64,000 nt of DNA, from the NCBI GenBank assembly GCA_963704865.1, contig CAVPIE010000002.1:654989-718988 (forward strand), given 5' to 3'. Positions within the stretch are counted from its first letter, which is position 1. Each line of letters begins with the position of its first letter. Below are positions 34,697 to 43,762 of the stretch, in pieces. The stretch comes from an uncultured delta proteobacterium. GTDB lineage: Bacteria; Myxococcota_A; Polyangia; Polyangiales; Houyiibacteriaceae. Below the pieces are notes generated by a model that worked only from the letters and a program-made list of their open reading frames with translations, searched no databases and was not told where the DNA came from. A program made the position numbers and the translations under genes.

Positions 34697-35901
34697 TGCA
34701 CCCGAAGCAAGCAGGCCTAGTCGAGGACACGAAGGGTGCCATGATGCTCATGTCTCTATTCATGGCGCTCCTCCTCATCGGAGCTCTCTATTACATCCTC
34801 GGCGTAGGAGACGCTGTCATCTACCGGCGTATCATGCAGGACGGCGCCGATGCAGGCGCGCACGCAGCATCGGTGATGGGCGCCAAGGGGATGAACCTCC
34901 ATGTCTTGCTCAATGTCGTGATGGCCGTGACCACCGGCATTCTGCTGGTCATCCGCAGCGTCGAGGTTCTGCTCGAAATCGTAATCGGCATTCTCTACGG
35001 ACTCGTTGCGACGGTCGTGCTAGCGGCGAAAGCATCGGCACTCATTGCCGTGCTCAGTCCCGTCGAGAGCACGGTCGAGAGGGTTGGCGATGCCGTCGAG
35101 CAGTTTGTGCGAGCCGCCCACGACGCGTTGGATGTGGCGCACAAGGCCGTCCAGCATGGGTATCCCTTGTTGGCAGAAGCGCGCGCGGTCGATGCGATGG
35201 CCTTCCAGGCCGCGTATGATCCCCCGGTCGCCGGCGGTTTTGTCGTGCCGCTTCTCGGCTCGCGCCTTCCCAGCGGTGGTCGAGGGCTACCGATCGAAGA
35301 GGACGACATCGGCATCCTCTGTGATCGCGTCTCCGAAGGCCTGAGCAACAGGCTCAGCAACATGAGCTCAAAGGTGCCTCGATGGCTTCTCAAGTTCCTT
35401 GGTGGCGTCGTCGGGCAGGCACTCCGGCTGGGCAAACGAAGGACGTGCGCAGACGAAGTCGTCGAGCCTCCACGGCGCGTGATTGAGAACCGAGCCGATG
35501 GAACTCACGTATGGCTCGGGCACGAAGAGTTCCAATACCGTGCGTACGCGATCGGTCGAGACCCTCACGAAAATCACTGGCAGCATGGCGAGCGGGGCAT
35601 TCGCATTGCGCAAGGCGGCGCGGCGGACGGGCGCAATGCCGCGCACCAAGCGCATGTCGTAGGTCGCCTCGCCTTTGCACAGGCCGAGTACTACTTCGAT
35701 GGTACCGAGCACAAAGCTGAGTGGCTCTGGAAACAGCGGTGGCGCGCACGGCTTCGCAGGTTTCGAATCTCGCGCGACTGGATTCCGCGCGGGATTCTCA
35801 GCGCATGTTCGGGAGCGAGAGGGAGAGGTTCGCTCGACGGGCTGGCGGGCCTTTGTGACGTCGCGCGTGATTTCTCGATCAACGCGGTCTCCGCGCACTG
35901 A
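34696..35901 (+). CDS. TadG-like pilus-assembly protein
   Basis: 401 aa from an ATG overlapping the upstream stop (TGATG). N-terminus DTKGAMMLMSLFMALLLIGALYYILG and large size as in TadG-type proteins. Confidence 0.65.
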   Translation: MHPKQAGLVEDTKGAMMLMSLFMALLLIGALYYILGVGDAVIYRRIMQDGADAGAHAASVMGAKGMNLHVLLNVVMAVTTGILLVIRSVEVLLEIVIGILYGLVATVVLAAKASALIAVLSPVESTVERVGDAVEQFVRAAHDALDVAHKAVQHGYPLLAEARAVDAMAFQAAYDPPVAGGFVVPLLGSRLPSGGRGLPIEEDDIGILCDRVSEGLSNRLSNMSSKVPRWLLKFLGGVVGQALRLGKRRTCADEVVEPPRRVIENRADGTHVWLGHEEFQYRAYAIGRDPHENHWQHGERGIRIAQGGAADGRNAAHQAHVVGRLAFAQAEYYFDGTEHKAEWLWKQRWRARLRRFRISRDWIPRGILSACSGARGRGSLDGLAGLCDVARDFSINAVSAH

Positions 35902-35908
35902 GGACACG

Positions 35909-36442
35909 ATGACTGCATCAAACCGACAAGTGCTGACAGACGAAAGCGGAACGGCCATGCTCGAAGCGCTCATCAGTCTACCGGTATTCGCAGCGTCTCT
36001 GGTAGCCGTAGTCGCTCTCAATGGAATGTACGGAGCCAAGCTCGAGGCCAAGTCTCGTGCGAGGCGAATGGCCTGGCTGCAGGCCGACTCGGGCGAATGC
36101 CCTTCGCAAAGCTGTCGAAGCGGGGAGTGCGGGCGCATCGAAGGCGAAATTCGCGCTGGTGGTCTCGATGACTTGCTCACAGTGCACGACGGTCGCTTCA
36201 CCTTGGACTCCTTCCTCGGCAACCTCGGTCGTTTTTTTCTCGGCAAGGCGACGAATGGGGTCGGCCTGGCGAAGGCATTGACACCCACGATGCTGAGGCC
36301 GGAGATGGGTTCGCAACATGGGGTGACGACCCTGCTATGCAACACGACCTCCAGGAACGCCGAAGGAGTCGGCAACGTTCTCGAGCACGCCTGCCGCACA
36401 GGATTGCAAACGACGGAGTACGCGCGTGAAGTATGTAGATAG
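35909..36442 (+). CDS. TadE-like pseudopilin (second copy)
   Basis: 177 aa. DESG/TAMLEALISLPVFAASLVAVVAL (G/XXXXE motif plus hydrophobic helix). Confidence 0.7.
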   Translation: MTASNRQVLTDESGTAMLEALISLPVFAASLVAVVALNGMYGAKLEAKSRARRMAWLQADSGECPSQSCRSGECGRIEGEIRAGGLDDLLTVHDGRFTLDSFLGNLGRFFLGKATNGVGLAKALTPTMLRPEMGSQHGVTTLLCNTTSRNAEGVGNVLEHACRTGLQTTEYAREVCR

Positions 36443-37307
36443 GATCATGCCCTGGTTCCGGCTGGGACTGTTTCTGCACGTCCTCGTCGTGTTTGCTTCC
36501 GCGGTTCTCCTCCGTTCGGCCCATGCCGACGTTGCGCCGTTCTTTTCCGGCATCGTGGTAGAGACCATGAGCTACCCCGGCGCACCTCCGGAGCCCACCC
36601 GGGTTCTGCATTTGAACGGTGTCGGCGTTTCATTTCGCACGCAAACGGTGCCTGCCTCGCTCGACGAGGTTCTCCTTCACTATGAATCCCTATGCACTGG
36701 CGGGAATGCTGGGCTCGCCGAGCGGCTTTCGATGCAATCGGTCCGCAGCAAGGACGTTGGCCAAGTTGCTTGCCTCGACATGGGCGATACGCCCCGAAAC
36801 CTACGCTCGCTCGTCGATCGATTTCTTCGCTTTTCCGAGACCGGCGACTTGGGCGAGCTAGGGAGGCTTCGATACATGCGCGCTCGCGAACTGTCCGACA
36901 TGCCCGGCGGCCAAACGTTCGTTCTTACGGTCTGGGCGGACTCAGCCTTCAACCTCTTTCGAATGTTGCCGGCGGACGGCTCAGACGCAGCAGGCGGTGA
37001 CGTCGCAGCGGTGCCTCGGCCTCTAGGGTCGCAGCGCGTCTTGTCGGCATGGGAGGCAGGGTCACCCAGCGGGGTCGTCGTGTACCGGGTGCCCGACGAG
37101 TCGGCGGACGAGCTCGTATCGTTCTATCGACGCGAGCTATCGGCCAATGGCTGGACGATCATCGAGCGGCATCCTTCTCAGTCGATCGTGATCGACGATA
37201 TTCGAACGATCTCGGCGGAGCAGGGACACCGCACGGTCACGGTTCTCGCCCGGTCCACCCAAGCCTCCGCCAGCGTGCTCTCCATCCTAGTCTCTGAACC
37301 GTCATGA
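36426..37307 (+). CDS. hypothetical secreted protein inside the tad block
   Basis: Signal-peptide-like MKYVDRIMPWFRLGLFLHVLVVFASAVLLRSAHA. GGAG lies 7 nt before GTG 36426 (alternative ATG 36447). No motif recognised. Confidence 0.65.
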   Translation: MKYVDRIMPWFRLGLFLHVLVVFASAVLLRSAHADVAPFFSGIVVETMSYPGAPPEPTRVLHLNGVGVSFRTQTVPASLDEVLLHYESLCTGGNAGLAERLSMQSVRSKDVGQVACLDMGDTPRNLRSLVDRFLRFSETGDLGELGRLRYMRARELSDMPGGQTFVLTVWADSAFNLFRMLPADGSDAAGGDVAAVPRPLGSQRVLSAWEAGSPSGVVVYRVPDESADELVSFYRRELSANGWTIIERHPSQSIVIDDIRTISAEQGHRTVTVLARSTQASASVLSILVSEPS

Positions 37308-37323
37308 CCAAGGGCCACCGTCC

Positions 37324-38085
37324 ATGAATCGAACCGCTCTCCTCGCATCCGTCATCGTCGCTGCACTCGGCTTTGTGCTCCTCGGCGTCTACGTTCGGCA
37401 GTTCCAGCGAAACGCGACCGGGGGCGATCCGATTGCATTGCTCGCCATGAGCCAGGACGTCGCGGCAGGCGTGCCCCTGACCGAGCAGATGCTGCTCGTG
37501 CGGACCTTGCCCGAGAGCTATGTCGAAGAACGCCAAGTGCTCGCCAGCGCGCTTCCACGGGTCTTGGGCGTCCGCTCGTCCATTGACCTCGAGGCCAACC
37601 AAACGCTGCTTTGGACGGATCTGTCCGCGGCTCCAAGGGACCGGCGCTCGCTGTCGAGCCGTATTCCAAAAGGGATGCGAGCGATGAGCATTGCCGGAAC
37701 TGGAAGGCGACCGTTCGCCGACCTATTGCTCCCGGGCGATCGGGTCGACGTCTTGCTCACCAAAGCGAAGCGAGGCTCTGAGGCAACAGTCGTGACGGTT
37801 CCGCTGTTGCAGAACGTTCTGGTGCTTGCCGTCGGCGATCGCTTCGGCGCAGCGGACCCACAGAGCTCACCCCTTCGATCGGACTCTGTCACGCTGCTCC
37901 TCACTATCGACCAAGCCAGCCTGCTCGCGCAGGCACGACGCGATGCAACCTTGAATCTCGTCCTGCGCAACGAGAACGACCTCGAGATCAATGAGGGCCT
38001 TGCCGAGACCGATGATTCGGATGTCCTCGAGCAAGAGAAGCGGGCGCGTCGCCAACGGCGATTGCGGATCGAGAAGGTCGACTGA
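37324..38085 (+). CDS. cpaB: Flp pilus assembly protein CpaB/RcpC
   Basis: N-terminal TM. SAF-like segment IALLAMSQDVAAGVPLTEQML. Central GDRVDVLLT and LLQNVLVLAVG as in CpaB. Confidence 0.85.
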   Translation: MNRTALLASVIVAALGFVLLGVYVRQFQRNATGGDPIALLAMSQDVAAGVPLTEQMLLVRTLPESYVEERQVLASALPRVLGVRSSIDLEANQTLLWTDLSAAPRDRRSLSSRIPKGMRAMSIAGTGRRPFADLLLPGDRVDVLLTKAKRGSEATVVTVPLLQNVLVLAVGDRFGAADPQSSPLRSDSVTLLLTIDQASLLAQARRDATLNLVLRNENDLEINEGLAETDDSDVLEQEKRARRQRRLRIEKVD

Positions 38086-38086
38086 G

Positions 38087-39238
38087 GTGTCCTCTCTGAC
38101 GAAGAGGAGGGTTGTGGCAGCCGTCATGCTTCTCGCCAACGCGCTAGAGGCTGACGCCACGGCAGATCTGGAGGTCAACCGCCCGATCGTCGTGCGAGTC
38201 GGCGAGCAGAAGAGTCTCTCCGCGCGGGGCATCAAGAGCTACTCGGAGGGCGCACCTGGCTTCGCCGACATTCGCATTACGCGCGACCAAAGTCGCTTCG
38301 TGATCGTCGGCAAGGAAGAGGGGACGACTTCTCTACTCTTGATCAAGAATGACGGCAGCCAGCTCCAATACACCATTCGAGTGATTCTAGCGGACGCATC
38401 CAAGGGGTTCGGCAGCAGAGAGAATATCCGCTTGGATCTCTATTTCGTTTTGATCCAGGACCGCTACGGCCATCAGATTGGGCTCAATTGGCCAGGAAAC
38501 ATCGGAAGCACGATCGGTCCGTCGGAGGCCGCTATCGCGATCACAGGCGGCAGCGGGCAACCGACGCAGAGCGCTTTTCAGATACTGCCGCAGACGTTCT
38601 TGCCGAGCTTTGACCTCGCACAGGCCAAAGGTTGGGCGAAGTTGTACCGCCAAGCCACGCTGGTGACCGCCAACGGCACCGAGGCTGTTTTTACCTCTGG
38701 TGGAGAGTTCAACGTTCAAGTCCAGAACAACTTGACCGTGAACGTGCAGGCGATCGAGTTTGGAACGAAGGTGAGTGTTCTCCCAAAGTATGATTCGAAG
38801 ACTGGTCGAATCGAGCTCGAGATCGTTGCGGACGTGTCCGACCTGGATGCGGAAAAAGGGGCACAGGGGATTCCAGGACGAATCACCTCGCACGTTGAAA
38901 CCTTGGTCAATCTCGAGCTAGGCCAATCTGTTTCTTTGGCTGGAATTCGTGCGCGCACAGAGCGGCGGAGGAAGAAAGGAATCCCGGGGCTTGCTCTCGT
39001 TCCCTTCATCGGTGCGCTCTTTGGTACGCATTCTCGGGAGACGGAAGACGACCAATCGTACATGTTCGTGGTCCCTTCCGTCGTCGAGCCGGTGAGCGTG
39101 AGTCAAAGGGACCGCGTCGAAGAAGCGCTGCGCATATACGAGAGCTTCCGAGGTGACGTCGACGATCATCACCTCTTGGATCAACCGCGGGTTGGGCGTT
39201 CCATCGCTCCCAGGGCCGAAAGCGAGCGTAGTCGATGA
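38087..39238 (+). CDS. cpaC: secretin CpaC/RcpA
   Basis: GTG 2 nt after the cpaB stop. Secretin C-domain ...GIPGLALVPFIGALFGTHSRETEDDQSYMFVVPSVVEP. Confidence 0.85.
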   Translation: MSSLTKRRVVAAVMLLANALEADATADLEVNRPIVVRVGEQKSLSARGIKSYSEGAPGFADIRITRDQSRFVIVGKEEGTTSLLLIKNDGSQLQYTIRVILADASKGFGSRENIRLDLYFVLIQDRYGHQIGLNWPGNIGSTIGPSEAAIAITGGSGQPTQSAFQILPQTFLPSFDLAQAKGWAKLYRQATLVTANGTEAVFTSGGEFNVQVQNNLTVNVQAIEFGTKVSVLPKYDSKTGRIELEIVADVSDLDAEKGAQGIPGRITSHVETLVNLELGQSVSLAGIRARTERRRKKGIPGLALVPFIGALFGTHSRETEDDQSYMFVVPSVVEPVSVSQRDRVEEALRIYESFRGDVDDHHLLDQPRVGRSIAPRAESERSR

Positions 39239-40812
39239 GTCGCGGTTTCGCGGTCACCGTCCTCATGCCGGACGGCTCCAAGCAGGAGCTAGCCATCGCC
39301 GACACGACCTCGCTCACCGTGGGCCGCGACCCCGCTTGCCACATCGTTCTTCCGTCGCCGGCGGTCAGCCGAATCCACCTTCACATCGAACAGGGCCGCG
39401 GCGGCGCCCTGGTCGTCGATCGGTCTTCCAATGGCACCATCCTCGCCGGCGAGCGGCTTTCCGACGCCGAGACGCTCCTCACGCCAGGTGAAGCGCTTCG
39501 AGTCGGTCCCTACCTGCTTCAAATCTCGCCTCTTGTGGCGTGCAACGCTTCCGCATCTCCTGAGATCAGACGACGAATTCACCGGTCGCTCCTCGATCAC
39601 CTCGATCTTGCATCGCTGGAGGCGACCGACATGGATGCCGAGGTTCTGCGGCCGCGCGTCGTTCAGGCGCTCGAGCAGATTGTGTCGCGCTTCGAGACGG
39701 ACCTTTCTCCTTCCACAGATCTGCCCAAGCTCGTCTCGGAGATGACCGACGAGGTGCTTGGGCTCGGTCCACTTCAAGAGCTTCTGGACGATGATTCCGT
39801 TTCCGAAATCATGGTCGTCGATCCCAATACAATCTACGTCGAAAGACAGGGCACGATTCGCCTCACCCCTTTGCGTTTTACCGATGACGAATCGTGTCGC
39901 GCGGCGATCGAACGAATCGTGACGCCGTTAGGTCGTCGCATCGACGAAAGCACGCCCCTGGTTGACGCGCGCCTCGATGACGGCTCCCGAGTGAACGCGA
40001 TCATTCCGCCGCTCGCTATCCGAGGGCCGTGCATCACGATTCGCAAGTTCGCGAAACGACCGCTTCAAATGGACGAGCTGGTTCGGTTGGGAAGTCTGAG
40101 CTCGGCCATGGCGAGGTTCTTGCGGCGCTGCGTGCGCTCAAAAAAGAACTTGCTCATTGCGGGTGGCACCGGCAGCGGAAAGACGACCTTGCTCAATATC
40201 CTGTCTACCGAAATTCCAGCTGGCGAGCGAATCGTCACCATCGAAGACGCTGCGGAGCTTCGTCTGGATCAGCCGCATGTCGTTTCGCTTGAATCGAAAC
40301 CCCGAAATCTGGAGGGTTGTGGCGGGTACAGCATTCGGGACCTGGTGAAGAACGCTCTCCGAATGAGACCGGACCGAATCATCGTGGGTGAGTGCCGCGC
40401 CGGAGAAGCGATCGACATGCTGCAGGCGATGAACACCGGACACGAAGGTTCGATGACGACGACGCATGCGAACACCGCCACCGAAGCGCTCAAGCGCATC
40501 GAGACGCTCTGTATGATGGCGGGCCTCGACTTGTCTCCCCTCACGATCCGCGAACAGGTTTCCGGAAGTCTTCACGTCGTCGTTCAACAAACGAGATTCT
40601 CGGACGGCTCACGTCGTCTGACTTCGGTCACCGAAGTCGGGCAGCTAGGCGATGACGGCCAGCTCGTTCTCCACGATATTTTCGTCTTCCACCGAACCGG
40701 CACCAGTGCATCTGGTGAGGTCTTGGGCGAGCACCGAACGACGGGCTACGTTCCGAGCTTCTTAGACGAGTTCATCACGCAGGGGCTCATCGACGGTGGG
40801 GAGTTCTTGTGA
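39235..40812 (+). CDS. cpaF: FHA-domain-fused CpaF/TadA secretion ATPase
   Basis: N-terminal FHA (LTVGRDPACHIVLPSPAVSRIHLHIE...SSNGTIL). ATPase core LIAGGTGSGKTTLLN, IVTIEDAAEL, GHEGSMTTTHA. Confidence 0.9.
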   Translation: MSRGFAVTVLMPDGSKQELAIADTTSLTVGRDPACHIVLPSPAVSRIHLHIEQGRGGALVVDRSSNGTILAGERLSDAETLLTPGEALRVGPYLLQISPLVACNASASPEIRRRIHRSLLDHLDLASLEATDMDAEVLRPRVVQALEQIVSRFETDLSPSTDLPKLVSEMTDEVLGLGPLQELLDDDSVSEIMVVDPNTIYVERQGTIRLTPLRFTDDESCRAAIERIVTPLGRRIDESTPLVDARLDDGSRVNAIIPPLAIRGPCITIRKFAKRPLQMDELVRLGSLSSAMARFLRRCVRSKKNLLIAGGTGSGKTTLLNILSTEIPAGERIVTIEDAAELRLDQPHVVSLESKPRNLEGCGGYSIRDLVKNALRMRPDRIIVGECRAGEAIDMLQAMNTGHEGSMTTTHANTATEALKRIETLCMMAGLDLSPLTIREQVSGSLHVVVQQTRFSDGSRRLTSVTEVGQLGDDGQLVLHDIFVFHRTGTSASGEVLGEHRTTGYVPSFLDEFITQGLIDGGEFL

Positions 40813-41669
40813 AGCTCGAAGCCTTTCCTCTTCTGCTTTTATCCGCAGCGTTCCTCGTCGGCGGATGCGCAGTCATTTCGTATCTTCTGTTTTCCATCAA
40901 GGGAAACCTCGCCCAGCAGCAATGGCTACGCTACGCTGCTCGCCTCGATCGCCACTCGAGCTTTCTTCTACTGCCGTACCGAGGGTCGCAGATTGCCCTT
41001 GCGCAACTTCTCGCCAGCGCAGCGTTTGCTGGTCTGTTCGCGGTCAGCGGTAGCTCAGCGGTAGCTCTCGGTGCTCTGATTGCAGCCGCAGCGCCGCCTT
41101 TCGTCTTGTGGAAGCGGCACGTTGCGCGAGTCGCGCAACTCGAACGTCAGCTCGACACCTGGCTGCTGATGCTGGCCAACGCCCTCAAAGCGACGTCCTC
41201 GGTCGGAGAAGCCATTGCGTCTACCGTCCCCCTGGTACCCGAGCCGTTCAGCGTAGAGCTTGACCTATTGGTCAAAGAGATCCGGCTCGGCGCGCCGCTC
41301 GACCGCGCAATTGGCGCCCTCGCGCGACGAATCGACAGCACAGTGATTTCCGGAGCGTTCGCGACGATTGTGGTCGCCCGGCAGACTGGTGGCGACCTCT
41401 CTAGGACATTGGAGCACGCTTCGGCGGCGCTTCGTGAGTCCGCCAGGCTCGAAGGTGTCCTTCGGACCAAGACAGCCGAAGGCCGCGGGCAGGTTCTGGT
41501 CTTGGCGTCGGTGCCCTTCCTTCTCTGCGTCATGATCGCATGGCTCGACCGGTCCTGGTTCGATCCGATGCTGAACCAGCAGATCGGCCAGGCCATTCTC
41601 ACGGCCTGCGCCCTGGCGTGGACCTTTGCCACGGTTTGGGCCCATCACATCACGAAGGCCGACCTGTGA
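40809..41669 (+). CDS. tadB: TadB (type II secretion system F family) platform protein
   Basis: 286 aa. T2SSF-type segment LANALKATSSVGEAI...EIRLGAPLDRAIGALARR...RQTGGDLSRTL, flanked by TM helices. Confidence 0.85.
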   Translation: MKLEAFPLLLLSAAFLVGGCAVISYLLFSIKGNLAQQQWLRYAARLDRHSSFLLLPYRGSQIALAQLLASAAFAGLFAVSGSSAVALGALIAAAAPPFVLWKRHVARVAQLERQLDTWLLMLANALKATSSVGEAIASTVPLVPEPFSVELDLLVKEIRLGAPLDRAIGALARRIDSTVISGAFATIVVARQTGGDLSRTLEHASAALRESARLEGVLRTKTAEGRGQVLVLASVPFLLCVMIAWLDRSWFDPMLNQQIGQAILTACALAWTFATVWAHHITKADL

Positions 41670-42580
41670 TCGGCCGGCTCGATGTCGTTCTCGCCTTCGG
41701 TTTCGCCGCAGTTCTGGGAGGCGCGTCGGGTCTCACGTTCCAGCTCGCGAAGATGCCGTTGGCCAACCGGCCGACCTTGGGTGCCCGGGGTCTCAATCGA
41801 ACCAAGGTTCTGCGCAAGTGCGCTCTCTTCTCTTTTGTCGAGCCGGCGGTCCGCCTGCTGGCGGCCTGGCTGGCTCTGCTTCCAATGGAGCGAATTCGCG
41901 CGCACATCCGACGCTCGCTGACTCATGCCGGCGACTACCTCGGGCTTTCCGCTGATGAGTTGATCGCGCTTTGTTTTCTCTCGGGCCTAAGCTTCGGAGG
42001 CGGGACCTTGATTGCGTGTCAGCTTCTGGAGATATCTTGGCTGCTTCCGTTTGGGGCTCTGTGCATAGGGGCCTTCCTGCCTTGGGTTCGCGTGATGGGG
42101 GTCGCTCAACAAAGAGCAATACGCGTTGGCCGCGGGCTTCCAGCGTCGGTCGAGCTTGCGTCGATGTGCATGAGCGCGGGTCTGGACTTCCCAGGTTCAC
42201 TCCGACGCATCGTCCAGAGCGCCTCAAATCCGAGCGATCCCGTGATCGAGGAGTTTGCCAGGGTGCTGCAAGAGCTCGACCTCGGCCACACTCGGCGAAG
42301 CGCGATGGAAGGTTTCGCTGCCCGCATTCCAACCGACCAGGTCCGCGAATTCGTCAACAGCGTCGTCCAGGCCGAAGAGAAAGGAAGCCCCCTCGCAAGC
42401 GTTTTGACCATACAGGCACAGACGCAACGTCTACGGCGCAGTATCGCCGCCGAAGAAACCGCATCGGAGGCCGCGCTCATGCTCCTAGGTCCTATGACGT
42501 TGATCTTTCTGTGCGTGATCGTCCTGCTTCTCGGCCCGGTAGTTGTTCGCTTCATGACGGGAGGGCTTGGACCGGCATGA
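41666..42580 (+). CDS. tadC: TadC (type II secretion system F family) platform protein
   Basis: GTG overlaps the tadB stop. LASMCMSAGLDFPGSLRRI...ELDLGHTRRSAMEGFAAR...AEEKGSPLASVL plus terminal TM helices. Confidence 0.85.
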   Translation: MIGRLDVVLAFGFAAVLGGASGLTFQLAKMPLANRPTLGARGLNRTKVLRKCALFSFVEPAVRLLAAWLALLPMERIRAHIRRSLTHAGDYLGLSADELIALCFLSGLSFGGGTLIACQLLEISWLLPFGALCIGAFLPWVRVMGVAQQRAIRVGRGLPASVELASMCMSAGLDFPGSLRRIVQSASNPSDPVIEEFARVLQELDLGHTRRSAMEGFAARIPTDQVREFVNSVVQAEEKGSPLASVLTIQAQTQRLRRSIAAEETASEAALMLLGPMTLIFLCVIVLLLGPVVVRFMTGGLGPA

Positions 42581-43128
42581 CGGGCATCTCCCAAGTGCGG
42601 CGCTACGGCTTCGTCGCCTTGTTTGCAGCATGCGCGCTTCTGGCGCTCGCAGCGTGGCTCCGAGGCCGGGCGGCGCCCAGCCACAAACAGCAAGCTCTCC
42701 ATGACTATCCTGAGCTCTTCGTCGACGTCGCTGTCTGTCCGTCGCAAGGCGAGCCTCTCCCGAACGGTCGACGCTTGGAGGAGCTCGGCCTACTGCGCGC
42801 GGACCGCTATGCGTACGATGAAGGCGACGGCGTTCGAGCCGTGCAGCGCTACCGTGAAGCCCTGACTTGCTATCGAGCCGCTGGCTCGCAGCGCGATGCA
42901 GCGCGCGTGGGTCGTTTGCTCTCGGCGCTCTCCGCCCGAGTCAACACGGACTACGCGGCAGCGCGTTTGAATCTGGTCACGGCGCTCGAACAGAGTCGAT
43001 GGTCTGATGCGCTCAGCGAGATACATCGGCTACTTCTATTGACTGAGCACTTGAGGAGGCACGCGTATGTCGAATGGCTCAACGAGATCATCGGAAAGAT
43101 CGCCGCTCGGGCAAGCACGACGCCGTAG
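42577..43128 (+). CDS. hypothetical membrane-anchored helical protein in the tad block
   Basis: ATGA overlap with tadC. N-terminal TM YGFVALFAACALLALAAW, helical repeat-like remainder. 183 aa. Confidence 0.6.
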   Translation: MTGISQVRRYGFVALFAACALLALAAWLRGRAAPSHKQQALHDYPELFVDVAVCPSQGEPLPNGRRLEELGLLRADRYAYDEGDGVRAVQRYREALTCYRAAGSQRDAARVGRLLSALSARVNTDYAAARLNLVTALEQSRWSDALSEIHRLLLLTEHLRRHAYVEWLNEIIGKIAARASTTP

Positions 43129-43762
43129 CAAGGCACTCTGGCTCTTGCTCCCACCGTGCCTTGCGATGATCGGCGGCTGTCATCACGCAATGTTTCATCA
43201 AGGCTCCGAGCTCCAAGCTGAGCTCACCACCGTCACTTCGGAAGACCTTTTTTCCCTCGGCGTCTCCCATGCGCGTTCTGGGGACCTCCTACGCGCCGAG
43301 CAGTACCTGACCGCCGCGCGACAGCGAGGACACGACGAGGCATCCGCGATCTATTGGCTGGTGCGAGTCTGCGTAGCTGCAAGCCGCTATCAATCCGCGC
43401 TGCGCCACGCGGCCCAGTACCTTCGCGACCACCCCGCACATTGGCCACTTCGTCTCGTCGTGGCGACTATCCATGAAGCGCTCGGAGATCTGGTTCGTGC
43501 GGAGGCGGAGCTGGAGCAAATCGTGAGAGTGGCCCCCGATAGCCCGTTGCCTCACTACCGGCTGGCCATGCTGTATCGCCGCAGCGAAGACGACGGAGGT
43601 CGATCCAAAGCGCACCTCCAGGAGTACCTCAAACTTGTGCCTCGAGGCCCTCACGCGGCGGAAGCGCAGTCTATTCTCAGCGACGTTTCCGAAACCGAGA
43701 TGGGACCGCAGCGCATGCCCTATACCTTCGACGCGAGCCAAGAGGCGCAGGACGCGCCATGA
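43067..43762 (+). CDS. TPR-repeat lipoprotein (TadD-like role)
   Basis: Lipobox-like LAMIGGC. TPR-like repeats (LGVSHARSGDLLRAEQYL, IHEALGDLVRAEAEL, LAMLYRR). Start uncertain, since ATG 43067 overlaps the upstream gene by 62 nt. Confidence 0.7.
   Translation: MSNGSTRSSERSPLGQARRRSKALWLLLPPCLAMIGGCHHAMFHQGSELQAELTTVTSEDLFSLGVSHARSGDLLRAEQYLTAARQRGHDEASAIYWLVRVCVAASRYQSALRHAAQYLRDHPAHWPLRLVVATIHEALGDLVRAEAELEQIVRVAPDSPLPHYRLAMLYRRSEDDGGRSKAHLQEYLKLVPRGPHAAEAQSILSDVSETEMGPQRMPYTFDASQEAQDAP

Noticed and set aside
41971-42576. Upstream extensions offered by the ORF track for several tad genes. Examples: 41971 for the 42577 gene, 34507 for tadG-like, 33791 for tadE-like, 35675, 37991, 41540, 33276, and 30790 for the L,D-transpeptidase.
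   Set aside because: The extensions overlap the preceding motif-bearing gene in another frame and translate to Arg/Pro-rich sequence. Internal starts give proper signal peptides, TM or prepilin motifs and ATGA/GTGA-type coupling.
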